DNA from: Centroscyllium fabricii | Lineage: Eukaryota | Length of the DNA stretch: 64,000 nt | Assembly (NCBI GenBank): GCA_051313645.2 | Contig: JBNRSN020000001.1 | Location: forward strand, 472,750,001-472,814,000 | Direction of reading: 5' to 3' | Shown here: in pieces, positions 26,603 to 39,084 of the stretch | Layout: each line of letters starts with the position of its first letter | Position numbering within the stretch: the stretch's first letter is position 1 | Notes under the pieces: generated by a model | The model's database searches: none | Told to the model about the DNA's origin: nothing | Seen by the model: only the letters and a program-made list of their open reading frames with translations | Program-made: the position numbers and the translations under genes

Positions 26603-26690
26603 GTAAGAAGTCACACAACACCAGGTTATAGTCCAACAGTTTTAGTTGAAGTCACAAGCTTTCAGAGCGCAGCTCCTTCCTCAGGTGAAG
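26603..26690 (-). mobile_element. Penelope-type 3' fragment, same family as 4058-4262
   Basis: aagaagtcacacaacaccaggttatagtccaacagtttt...tcacaagctttcagagcgcagctccttcctcaggtgaag. Confidence 0.8.
26652..26688 (-). ncRNA. Minimal type I hammerhead ribozyme motif
   Basis: Minus strand reads TCAC-CTGAGGA-A-GGAGC-tgc-GCTCT-GAAA-GC-TT-GTGA, with a 4-bp stem I (TCAC/GTGA). Confidence 0.7.
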
Positions 26691-28082
26691 TCTACAAGGC
26701 ACTGCATCTTTGTAAGGCATGAGTTGATCTTGTAAACCTCTTTTATGCTTCACTTCAGGGCAGTTGCCGATGAGCCGGCCTGTGTGTGTGTGTGTGTGGG
26801 GGGGGGGGGGGGGTTGGTTTACTTGCTGACACGACGAGAAATCATATTCTTCAAGTTGAAAGCAGCGGCTTTCTTTCTCTCCAACAAATTTCAGGTCAGC
26901 GATTTAACACGGCCTGACTAGGTGAGGCGACTGACCATGGGAAGATCGGAGCCCTTAGTGTACGAGGCACTAAAACCCACACTGCCCAAAGAGCTATTGA
27001 AGCGTGTATTCTCATCTGTAAACCGACCTCACACACAAGATTTGAGCGTCTGCATCGCTCGACTGGCACTGACCCGAGCTTCAGAACCCGGCAGAAACAT
27101 TTACAAAATAATAAAACAAAATTGCCTCTTTCCTGTAATGTTTTGTTTTGCATTTCAGCTTCAGTTAGAACAAAACGCTCCTCTCCGACGACACTTGTCT
27201 CCTTTCCGTTCTTATAGGAATGCAAAATAATTCCCGTTCTGTTCGCTGGAGAATTACACGGTGGATTATGTCGGTTCAAACATTTTACCATTATTTTCAC
27301 AGGGACTTTATTTGTTTTTATATAATGGTCACGATCGCCTTATTATTGCAAGTTCGGTTTTATGCTTAATTTCTGGTAAAAAAACACCCAGACGTTCATT
27401 AACCGCTGGGTCACATTGTAAGCGGCTGGGTGAAGTGGATCCTGAGCCGCTGCTGAGTGCGGGGCTGTGGCCGAGTCAGGCCCCGGGGCTGGGCTGGGGC
27501 ACTGCTGCCGCATCCTGCAGGGACAGGGTGTCACACTGAACAAAGATCAGCAGCACACCTCAATCAGACAGCTCCCTCACATTCACCCGAGGCCCACACT
27601 CAGTTGTGTGAAACTTCACAGTACACAGCACCAGGTCTGGAATAGCCCTGATCTTTTTTCTTTCACCCGCAACTGCAGTATGGACATGAGTTTTGCTGCT
27701 GTTGAGAAATCTACGTTACATTTACTAGTTTTGAATCAATAGTTGCAGTAAATGCTCATTGAAGGGCCCACACCTGAAACGCCGCGTGTCTGTTTTCTGC
27801 ACAGATGCGTCCGACTTGCTGAGTGTTTCCAGCACTTTCTTTCTTTTTGTTTCCGATTCCCAGCATCTACAATTTGTATTTGCTTTTCAGTTCTCTGTTC
27901 ACACTGCCTGGCTGGATCAACAATTTCTAGGCCCTGGCGAGGGCTCACCCAGCAATTAACGATGAAATGTTTAGTGAGGCAGCGGCCACCTTCTCTACAC
28001 GCTGACATTACCTGCAGGTAGGTTTGAAAAACATGAAAGAATTCCAAAGGACAGTCAGGGAACTTTTTAACCTCGTACGATA

Positions 28083-28280
28083 GCAAAATACTGCGGAAGC
28101 TGGAAATCCGAAATAACAACAGAAAATGCTGGAAAAAACTCAGCAGGCCAGGCAACATCCGTGGAAATAGTCGACGTTTCGGGTTCCGACCCTTAGTCTT
28201 GACAAGGGGCCCGATCCCGTACCGTCGACTCTCTCCACGGATGTTGCCTGGCCTGCTGAGTGTTTCCAGCATTTTCTGTT
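28083..28280. mobile_element. Second Penelope-type family, inverted-arm copy with decayed hammerhead halves
   Basis: aacagaaaatgctggaaa...cagcaggccaggcaacatccgtgga mirrored at 28235-28280. Related pieces at ~27775-27890, 28600-28770, 37735-37830, 43030-43085 and 20290-20335. Confidence 0.7.
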
Positions 28281-29844
28281 GAACGTTTTAACCTCATTTG
28301 ACACTGAGTTGGAGTCACACTCCATGTGAGTTTTTCCCAAGTCACGAGACTCTATCCGGCAGGGAGCCTCGCCTCGCATCTTTCCAGATTCAGCTCTGCC
28401 CTGATTCGGAATTTCTGTTGCACTGGTATCCAAAGCATCAACCACTTTGCAGTGACCCTGGAATTGTAGTGTAAACACACTCCTAGTTGGAGGGACAAGG
28501 CTCGTGAATGCAGGTTAAGAGAAGGATGAAAATATGAGTTAATCCATGAAGTATTGCTAAGCTTGGCTTTTAAAAGCAGATTTTTTTAAAGTGGAAATAC
28601 TGGAAATGTGAAAGTAAAACAACCATTGCCAGAAATACACAGCCTCTTAATAGATACAAAGGAGGCTGACATTTTGATGTAGATACTTTGTCAGAACTGA
28701 AATATTAATTTTCCTTTCTCTTTTTAGCTGCTGACTGATCTGCTATGTATATCCAACATGTTTTCAGTTTGGGTTTTAAAAGCTTGTAGATTATATAAGA
28801 AAATATTGCAACTACCTCTATTAAAAATAATCAATCTGTGTACACTTTGTCTTTATCAAGGTGAAATATATCAGCTGTGGGCGATGGAATGTTTTTTCCA
28901 GATTGAGCACCGGATGTTGGCATTAAACACTCTTTGGTCAATATAGTAGAGGCCAGATTCAGAACCGCACTTATTGTCCCCTCTGAGCAACAATCTGAAA
29001 TCTCAGTGTTAGAAGAACAGCTCCTGTTACACCCAGTGCAATTTGTCTTTTAATTCCCCTTACCAATAATCACTGACAGCTACGAGTGAGATTGCTAATT
29101 TATCTGGAAGATTTCCTCTAATCACTAAGTGTAGCAACATCATAAATGCATTCAAACAATTTGGTACACATAGCAACCAGAGCATTTATATTCACTCAGT
29201 GCTAAATGCTGGACAGTTTTGTTTTATCGACTTAAGTTCACCAGAACTAGTTTGCAACTGAATAAATTGGTTTCAAGACGTCATTTACAGCTAGCAAAGA
29301 AAGTAAGCTTTCTTCACATCACAGTGCATTTGGACTTAAGCACAGGTCCTAGAGGTGAAAGGGCAGCATTCTAACACATTGCACCACTCAACCCCAATTT
29401 CCCCCAGCTGCCTGATTTTAAGCTCATTTAAATAATGGTAGCTTTCATCAGTAATTTCTTTAGGAAAGTCGAGATTGTGATTGTGTGTCATGGATCAAAG
29501 CAAGAGTTTCACAGGCTAATGGGATGCAATCAGTATTATGCCATCTCACTACTTATACAGTGAGATGCTATTACAAATGTAGTATGTAGTATATTCACAC
29601 AGAGACAATTGCAGTTTTATACTGGTATCATGGTGTGCCTTGCATTGTAGAATATTTACTGTGTGTTTTGTGCTGTTTGCTGTGTATTATATGCAGCTTA
29701 CTATTTATTTTCTACTGTCTATTGTGTGCTGTATATTGTTTCCTATGATCTGTATATTGTCTTCTGTGTACCATTTACCACGTGTCATATACTGCTCATT
29801 GTATGCTATATGCACTTGCTGTGCACTTTATGACATTCACCGTT

Positions 29845-30604
29845 TGCTCTCTGAGTTAGATGTTGGGGGTTCAGCCCCACTATAGGACTTGGCCACCTAA
29901 CCGAGGCTGATGCTGAGCAGGTGCTGTATTGTTAGAAGTGCCATCCTTGGTGGATTTAAAAGATCCCATGATTTTTTTGAAGAAGACCAGGGAATCCTCC
30001 CTTTGTCCTGGCCAATATTCATCCTGTAACCAACAGCACCAAACAGATTAACTGGTCATTCATCTTATTACTTGTGGAACCTTGCTGTGTGTAAATTAGC
30101 TGCTGCGTTTGTCTACTTAACAACAGTGACTGCACTTCAAAAAGCTTCGGTACATCCTGAGGACATAGAAACATAGAAACATAGAAGATAGGAGCAGGAG
30201 TAGGCCATTCGGCCCTTCGAGCCTGCTCCGCCATTCAATGAGATCATGGCTGATCATCCAAACCCAGCACCCCACCCCTACTCATACCCCTCGATCCCTA
30301 TCGAGCCTGCACTGACACATATCCCGCCCCATCCCCGTAACCCCACATACTCAATCCCCCTAACACTAAGGGTCAATTTATCATGGCCAATCAACCTAAC
30401 CCGCACATCTTTCGACTGTGGGAGGAAACCGGAGCACCCGGAGGAAACCCACGCAGACACGGGGAGAATGTGCAAACTCCACACAGATAGTACCCGAAGC
30501 TGGATTTGAACCCGGGTCTCCAGAGCTGTGAGACAGCAGTGCTAACCACTGTGCCACCGTGCCGCCCTTTTGAAAGGTGCTATTAAAATGCAAGTTCTTT
30601 CTTT
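29845..30604 (+). mobile_element. DeuSINE interrupted by an HE1 SINE
   Basis: DeuSINE body runs to ...catcctgagg (30162) and resumes as tgaaaggtgctattaaaatgcaagttctttcttt after 30567. Confidence 0.75.
30163..30567 (-). mobile_element. HE1-type V-SINE, full length
   Basis: tRNA head gggcggcacggtggcacagtggttagcactgctg...ggttcaaatcc. V domain tgtggagtttgcacattctccccgtgtctgcgtgggtttcctccgggtgctccggtttcctccc. CR1-type tail (TTTCTATG)n. Confidence 0.9.
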
Positions 30605-31249
30605 AATATATGCTGTTTGTTGTATGCTGTTTGGTGTGCTGTGTAATGTTTACTGCATATTTTGTCTGTATGTTGCTTGTGTGCTGTATAGTGTAAACTG
30701 CACAATTTGCTGTATATAGTATATTGTGCGTTAAATAGTGTTTACTTTCAGCAACATAAGGTTTTCTAACTATTTTATGCTCTATGCTGTGTGAAATCAT
30801 ACGGCAAAAATTAATTAGTGTCCAAAACCAGGTACGATCCATGCAGAGATGGTGCGCCCAAATGGAGGAGTCCAAGGACTGTCCTAAATTGGCCCTCGAG
30901 CCTCATCATCATAATATGGAACCCCATCGACAAGATTTCCTCTTAACTTTCTTTGTAAAAAGAGCCCCAGTTTCCCTGGTCTTTCTTCATAATCTCTCTT
31001 CCCTGGTATCATCTTAGAAAAGTTATTATGCATCCTCTGCTTGGTCTTAACAGCTTTCTTAAAGAAGAAAGGCGTTCAAAACTAGACATAATAGGGGAGA
31101 TTTTCCAGTTGGGTACTCCTGTTGCATGCCTGGAGTGCAATCAGGAAATTGTACACTCTAGCCCATGAGTTTCCATCCATTAATTTTAATGGGCAACATC
31201 ATTGACTGGGGATGTGAAATCTCCCAATATGTGCTGCTAGCATGCAATG

Positions 31250-34140
31250 GAAACATACAAACATACAAAACAGACAGACCGATAAAGACCAGCAGGTCCA
31301 TCCCTTTCAGCTATGTTGCAACTAAGCAATACGACCCTCACTAGTCCTCACCCGTGAGCAGCCAACAAATCTCCTGGGAGAGGCAAAAAACACAATAAAA
31401 AAAAAACCTCGGTCAATTCAGGGAAAAAAGAATGCTTGGAAATTCCTCCCCGAATCCCTAATGTGATCAAAATGAGTTCCAGGAAATAACAATGACAAGA
31501 AGGTAAAATCCCCAACATCCCACCTACCTTTTGTATGCAGTGATATCAGCCTCCTCCAGGAACTTGTCCAGCTCCCTTTTGAATGTTTGCAGTCAATCTG
31601 CACTCACTGTATGAGCTGCCAACCTATTCCAAAGGTCAATGACCCTCTGGGAAAAGAAAAACCTCCTGACAGTTAACCTAGTTCTAAAAACTAAAGGGTG
31701 GTGAGGTGTAAAATCTCATTAATCTAATTGCAGCATAACTAATGATTTGTACAGATTTAGTATTACCTCTTTGCTTTTGTACTTATGTATATATTTATAT
31801 AACCTGAGATTTCATATGCTATTTTTAACAGCTTTATTAACCTGTCCTCCCACTTTTAAAGGTCTGGGTATCTGAACCCGAGTCTCTCTGTTCCTATGCT
31901 CTTTTTAAAGTCTTATCATTTAATGTATATTTCCACTACTTATTCTTCCTCCCAAAGTATATCACCTCACATCTCTCCTCATTTAATTTTATCTAACAGC
32001 TTTCTGCCCAATCTACTAACCTGTCGATATCCTCTTTGCTGTTAACCACACTTCCCATTTTTGATGTCATCTGCAAATGTTGATATTATGCTCCCTTTAC
32101 CTGTGCCCATATTATTAATTTATATATTGATTGAGAAGGGCCAAGTCACCTAATGCTGGCCCTGGGGCACCACTATCTTACATCCCCCCAGTCCAAAACC
32201 ATCCATTAAACACTGCTATCTGTTTTCTGCCTTTCAGCTAACTTCCTAACGATGGTATTGCATGTTTTAATACCATGAACCTTATTTTTATAATGAGCTT
32301 CCTATGCAGCAACTTATCAAACATTTTTTGAAAATCCATATATTTAGAATGTACTGCATTTATTTTTATTAATGCACTCTCATTTCCTCAAAGAATTGTT
32401 ATTGGCCCAAAAATTAGCCTAGGAGCCTTCCTGCGAGTGTAAGCCTCCAAGATACACTTGCCCTGTGCTTCTGCCGTTCTGCAATTCTAGGATGTGAAAT
32501 CCCGAGTTGTACAGCTGCTGCAAGCTCCAGGCGCCCTGCTGGTGCAACTCAACGGTGTTGTTAATGGGAGATCTCGCACGAGACCACGTGATCTGCAGGG
32601 AGCCAATGAATGGAAGCAATCCTCCATTCATAATTTACATGGAGAAATCTGTGTAAGTTATGAAAAGGAAGAGCTTCAAAAACACATCTAAACACAAAAA
32701 TAAAATTAATAAAACACCACATTTTTTAACAATACTCTAACTAACATAAATTACCTTTTTTTAAAGAAAAAATAAAAATTTAGAATTTAAAAATTTTTTT
32801 TTAACTGAGCTAAAAGAATACTTACATTTCTTTAAAGTTTAAAAAAATTAAAAACCTGTTAAAACAAAACTTAAATTCTATAAAATAAAGACATACCTGC
32901 TAAAAAGAGGTCATTACGGCTGATATTTTTCAGCGTAAAATCTTCAATACCTACCCTGACAAAAAACTCAGAAAAAAATCGGAAATCCACTGCGCACCTC
33001 CTGGTGCGCAGGCAAACGCGATCCAGCCGGCTGCAGCTCGCGATCCCCCACTGGCCATCATCAGAGTTACAGGTAGCAGTGGGAAACGGCTGCTACCTGC
33101 AATTCGGAGCTCGGGTGCATGAGTACCTCCCGCGGTCACCCTAATTGTTGGGCCATTAACTTTGTCAGATTTGCCTTTTACAAATCTATATCTTTCTAAG
33201 TGAGTAATAATTAAATTCTGTATTATGCCCTCTAGAAGCTTACTCACTATAAAGGTTAAGCTTACTATAATTATCTAGCCTATCTCTTTCTCCCTTCTTG
33301 AACCCACCAATATAGTGAGAGCCTCAGATATTTCCTCTCCGTCTTCTCTCTGCGTTCTAGGATGCCACAGGGCCCAGTGCCTGATCCACTTGGAGTTCCA
33401 CCAACATTTTCAGTAGCACTTCCACATTTACCGATATAATTTGTATTTGCTCCACCATCTTCTCTTGTACCCTTTCATTCTCACTTATCACAATCTTATT
33501 ACAAAACTGAGGTGACATACTTATTTAGTATCTCTGACATTGCTTCATCATCAATAAGAAGCTTTCTTTTCTTGTCTCTGGTCAACCCTATGTTTAACTA
33601 TTCATTTACCTTGTGTGTTCATAAATTATTTTACTATATCCACTGCAAATCTTTCTTCATAGCCCCTCTTCCTTTCCAATCTGTTTTGCTCCATCTCTAT
33701 TTATTTTATACTTAGCTTGATTTTTTTCTATTATTAACCTTACTTTTTTTTTGCGCTTTTTTTTTATTCATCCAAGGAACTCTGGCTTTTACAACATGCC
33801 CTTTACTTCCTGTGGGAATATCTTAGGTTGTATTATAATTATTTCCTGTTTGAAAGTTTCGAATTGTTTGTCTTACCTGCCAATTATTCTTTCTAATTTA
33901 TCTGGGCTAGTTCCCGTTTTATTTGTTGAAATGTGCTTTTATTTCCAGTGAAGGACCTTTTTCTTTGACTGACTGTACCTTCTCCTTTTCAATGTTTATA
34001 TTGAACCTAATTATGTTAAAAGGACTATTTTTTAGATGTTCCCCAACCTTCAAATTACCTACTTGCCCCACTTAAATTTTTAGAACTAGATTCAACACAT
34101 CTTCCTTCTTTGTTAGACTAAAATATACTGATCTAGAAAG
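31250..34140 (-). mobile_element. Old fragmented CR1 LINE
   Basis: (GTATGTTT)n tail and 3'UTR at the left end. Decayed RT motifs on the minus strand: FADD-like tttgcagatgacatc near 32065 and SKLLEGII near 33230. Confidence 0.65.
32404..33154. mobile_element. Harbinger-type MITE inserted in CR1
   Basis: TIRs ggcccaaaaattag / ctaattgttgggcc; 3-bp TSD ATT on both sides. Confidence 0.85.
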
Positions 34141-36726
34141 CAGTTCTACATGTATACTGTATACCGTTTGCTGTGCACTGCTTGTTGGAGTTACTGCTTG
34201 CTGTTTGTATACTGATTGCTATGTGTTATGTACTGTTTTCAGTTCACTGAATGCTGAATATGATCTGTTTTGTGCTGTGAACTATGTGCTGTGCACTGAA
34301 TGCTGTTTTCTGTGTGCTGTGTTCTGTTTTATCAATCCGAAAACAAATGGAGAAAATCATTTTTAAATGAACCCCTATCATTTGGAAAGGATGCCATGAG
34401 GTAATTTCTTTTAGAAGTTCCAAAGTATGAGAAACACGGATTTAGCCATTGAGTGTTCCTGCCATTGCTTTTCTCCCATGTCGAGGCTTCAAAGCTGATG
34501 CTGCTTTTTATATTAGTTATATATAAATCATCACTAGCTGATCCCCTGTGGCATTGCACATGGGGGGATCAAGATATAGTGTAGTTATGAGAGAAAGCAG
34601 GGTTAGATGGCAAGAAATAATTAGATCAGGGTGCGCAGACTTATTCAATTAGCATTTTAAAGTCATACATTGTCTTTTTTATTTACTTACACTTTGATTT
34701 TCTATTATTTAAATGGCAATTTGAGAAGCAGAGTAACGGAGTAGGTTGCAAAACCAAGACGCAACAGTGCCACCACGATGGGAGGGTTTAATTACAGCAT
34801 AACAACTTCAAACAGACAGTTTCCAACATAAATATAGACAAAATAAATTATAATAGAAACATTTGAAAGGAAATGCATGCAGATGTAAGATTTAAAATTT
34901 ATTATAGAGAGGGGTTGTGAGCACAAATAGAAATTTCAGTTAAGAAAGTGTTATTAACAAGTACACTAGACCCCGACTACTTCTAAGGCAGAAATACAAA
35001 CATAAAATTTTGCAAATACACAATGAACCTTTCAGCATTGTTAAAGAGAAAAGTCAGGTTACCATTGCTGGTGTAGACCAAACAAATCAGAACAAAATGG
35101 AGGGAGGAAATAACAGACACACCAATCACAGAGAAGAAGTTAATGGGTTGAATGACTTGCAAACTGGTTACTAACAAAGCAGGAAACTGGCCGATGATAT
35201 AAAAGGTCATCTGAATGAGATAGGAAAAATAAGTTAAAAGAACAAAAGAGTGTGAAAAGAGTTGGCATTGAAAAGACATGGGAAGACCCATGCAAGAAAA
35301 AAAAACAATAACATGGATGAAATTGAAAAAAAACCTGCAAATGCAGGAGATCTGAAATGTAAACAGATAATATTAGAAACACACAGCAGGTCTACCAGTA
35401 TCCAAAAAGAGAAAAGGTAGCCCCATATCCAAGGAGCAGGCCCCTCGGGCCCGACCACCCCCACCCCAGCACTACATGGCCACTAGAGCTATATATTATA
35501 TGATCCACACCTAAAATGTCAACCTGCTTCCTCACCCCCAGAAGTTAGCAGATCCACCATGTATCCCCAGCAGTGAAAAAAGGGTGGGGGCGGGGTGGAG
35601 GGGAGATAACTAAGGTCTGTTTCTAAGGTAGATAACTTGATATACTAATAATAATGATCCATTCTCCCAACCTTTAGACACCAGCAGTTTCAGGGAATAC
35701 CAGTTCATTTGACCAGAGTCTCAACATTTCAACTCACATACAATAACACTGAAACAAACCTCAATATTAAAATAAACATGCCACCTAGATATGAAATATA
35801 CATTATTGGTGCAATATTAAACTTATTACACTAAGGGACCCTTCACAATTGTCAACATTTTCACGAGCGTACAAACCGTACGCTGGGGGGGAGGGGGTCC
35901 GACGTGCCCGTACGCTTTTATTTGCGTTTAAATGTCGATTTTTTTTTTTGATTTTTTTTTTTTTTTTTTTGTTTTTTTTTGTTCCGGTTCCGGTTCTGGC
36001 AGGACGGCCGCCATCGGGCGGCTGTACCTCGACTCCTCTTCGTGGAGTCAATCCGTTCTGGTCGACCGCCATTTGACGTCGGCAGAGCCGGTGAGATGCG
36101 GGGCACAGTTCAGCCCCAGGACGCCGCATCAGTTCGGCCTCGGTCCAGAGTTCGGACCTCCGGGGTGTCGGGACGGCCTTGGCTTGGCGTTCCGGGGAGC
36201 CTGCGTCGAGCGCTGGAGCTCCGGGGAGCCTGCGTTGAGCGCTGGAGTTCGGAGCTCAGGGGAGCTGGGATGGGGCACTCGGAGAGGGCTAGGCTTCAGG
36301 CCTCAGGATGCTGTGCCCGGAGTTCGGAGCTCCGTGGATTCGGGGAGTCGGGCTGAGAGTGGCCACGGAAGGAACAGTGGCAGAGCGAATTGACTGGGCG
36401 AGAGAGGACAATTTTACCAACGGTTGAGTGGCCAGAGCAGGAACGGGATCCACGATGATGGCGCCGAAGGATGGCTGACGTCTTGCGGGCTCGTTCGCGC
36501 CGGGCAGCTTAATTGTTGCGCGGTTGTTGTTGTTGTTGCACGGTGTGTCGGGTAGCAGTAAGCATTTCGTTGTATGGTGTTTGTTCGCTGTACGACAAAT
36601 AAAATTGAACTTGATTGAAATTCCGCCGGTTTGAGAAGTGAAAAAAACAGGTTTAAAGGTAATTAAAAAAAAATTCCTTTGGAGATATTTGTTTGTGGTC
36701 TTACAGGTTGTAAATGTGAAGGTTTT

Positions 36727-36852
36727 TATATATTTTGGTGATAGTGAAAAAAATCGGCAATTTGAACGCGATGTCGAGAGCTGCGAGAGCTCTGAGAGCT
36801 GGAGAGATCGCGTTCAAATCCCCGATTTTTTTCACTATCACCAAAATATATA
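36727..36852. repeat. 126-bp palindromic MITE-like hairpin
   Basis: tatatattttggtgatagtgaaaaaaatcgg..tttgaacgcgat mirrored by atcgcgttcaaa..ccgatttttttcactatcaccaaaatatata. Confidence 0.85.
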
Positions 36853-37143
36853 GGGAGGAAAAAGGAGGAAGACATAAAGCAGGAATTTAAGGAACTAGGA
36901 AGGAAACTGAGAGACAAAACGAATAATGCCACGATTTCTGGGATCCTACCAGTGCCACGGGATAGGGAGTGGAAAAACAAAAAAAGAATGAGAATAAACG
37001 CGTGGCTACAGGATTGGTGCAGAAGGGAGGGCATGAGTTTCGTGGACAATTGGGGATCGTTCTGGGGAAGGTGGGATCTGTATGACCGGGACGGCTTGCA
37101 CCTGAACCGAAGGGGCATCAACATTCTGGGTGGGAAACTCGCC
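36853..37143 (+). pseudogene. CR1 ORF1 SGNH/esterase-domain fragment
   Basis: ISGILPVPR...INAWLQDWCRREGMSFVDNWGSFWGRWDLYDRDGLHLNRRG (DGLH motif). Abuts a CR1 3' end on the minus strand (~37144-37285). Confidence 0.85.
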
Positions 37144-39084
37144 CATAGAGCTTTACAGCACAGAAAGAGACCCTTCGGCCCATCATGTCCGCGCCGGCCA
37201 TCAAGCCCTTTCTATTCTAATCCCATTTTCCAGCACTTGGTCCGTAGCCTTGTATGCTATGACATCTCAAGTGCTCATCCAAATGCGGTCGGGCTGCGCC
37301 TTGGGCCTTGCTGCCGCGGTTGAGGTTTGTCCTCCCGGAGGAGCCGGGGCCAGGGCCGGGGATGGGGATTGCTGTGCGGCTGGTCAGTCAGTGTGTTTAC
37401 TGTCATCTTGTGCTGATTTTTACAGATCTGAAGTTCCATCAACACACAAGGCCGCCGGCCCCCCGGCCCATGACCGCAGACAGAGACTCTGAGTAACGAG
37501 GATCTCCCTGATGAGTCTGCAGTCACTCTGGTTCCTTTCTAAACCTCCCTGTGCTAATTAAATTCAATGGATGATGTTGGAAAAAATCAACATTTTTGGT
37601 GTACACTTCCAGGGGGGGGGGGGGGGGGGGGGGGAGGGGGTAGCAAAAAAGAGTACTCTTTGTACACTTGTGAAAATGTTGACAATTGTGAAGGGCCCCT
37701 AAAGTAAACACTAAATGCAATTCCAGCTCATATGTAATAAAAACAGAAAATGCTGGAAATACTCAGCAGGTCAGGCAGCATCTGTGGAGAGAGAAACAGA
37801 GTTACGTTTCAGCTCGATGATCTTTTGTCCAGTTCATTTGGGTTCTCTCTTTTCCCCAATCTCCCTTCTTTGTCATTCTTTCTGCTATTTTAACTTTACT
37901 TTTATATTGTTTATATTTTAATTCCTATTGACTTTTTACGTATCAATTTTAACCATTAAACCTTCCTGTTTCTCAAACTCCAGAATCTGTCCATCAACTT
38001 GAGATAAAAGCCACATTGCAAAAATTGGTCTCTAATTTGCAAATATCTTTTTCCAGCTAACCATGGCTAAAGATAGTAAAGGTTTATCCAGCTGTATCGA
38101 GTCGATCTTGTGATATTTTGTTTTGCTACAATTTGCAACACTTGCTCAATAAGATAATTAATTGGCAGGCCAGATGAGTGGGCACCACAGGAATGAGTGA
38201 CTTTCTGTCAGAGCTCCATGCAATAAAATATATATTTTTGAATCGCCCTCATCAGATTACTCCCTTCTGTGTCATGTACCATTCTCTGCTAAAGAAGGGA
38301 GTAAGACCTCATGCTGATGTATCACAGTAATCAGTTGCTAGGTGATGCTGGAGAGCTGTGGCATGGTTGCTCAGTGCCTCCACAAGACATTTGGGGAGTC
38401 ATTTATGTAAACTGGCATTCTACATTCCAGGAACTCCTTTGGAACCTCTTCATACTGGTGCAGACAAGATTATTATTGATTCCACTGAGAAAATTCTCCT
38501 ATGCAGATTGGACCTTCAGTAGCAGTCATATTGCATTGTGAACATAGCAACAGGATTGCACATGTTTTATATTGGCAAATGTTTATCTGTGGGAGTTCAA
38601 TACCCCTTTCATAACAAACTTTATATTACATATGTTTTATATTAGCAATGCATATTTGTCTGAGCTCAATATTATTTCTACACCTGCATAGATATTGGCA
38701 ACTTTATACCACTTTATGAACTTTTATATAATGGATGGAAAATCCTGCAGGACCTGCTGACCTTCCTGCTTGAATTCCCAATATGTGCTCTTGGTCTATT
38801 GGATATGCAAATTGCTAAAATAAAGCTTATGGAGTATTGTGCAGCAGTTGCTTTACACTCCTACCAGGAATAACACTGTAACACAATTTCTAGGGTTTCA
38901 TTGTAAAATAAATTGGTGCCTTAATACAATTGAAACAATACACATTAACAATAACGGTAGGTTTGACAGTGTCTTTAAATAGAAAAGCCAGATTAATGCT
39001 TGCGGTGCAGGCCTTTCATCAGAACCAATGGTATCAATATAATGATATTAGTGTCTTGAGGCTGTTGTTGTATGATGAATATCG

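Larger units (their letters stand above)
35835..37699. mobile_element. Non-autonomous Harbinger-type element with mosaic cargo
   Basis: ~40-bp TIRs gggacccttcacaattgtcaacattttcacgagcgtacaaa / tttgtacacttgtgaaaatgttgacaattgtgaagggcccc. TSD TAA at 35832-35834 and 37700-37702. Confidence 0.88.

Noticed and set aside
30490-30567. tRNA genes (also 42300-42387 and 59790-59864)
   Set aside because: Box A/B motifs are present, but these are SINE or LINE heads continuing into repeat bodies, with no full cloverleaf evident.
29600-30790. Hydrophobic Cys/Val-rich ORFs (also 34150-34330)
   Set aside because: Decayed TG/TGCTG-rich simple repeats.
37508-37545. CTGATGA as a third hammerhead
   Set aside because: No closing stem II followed by GAAA.
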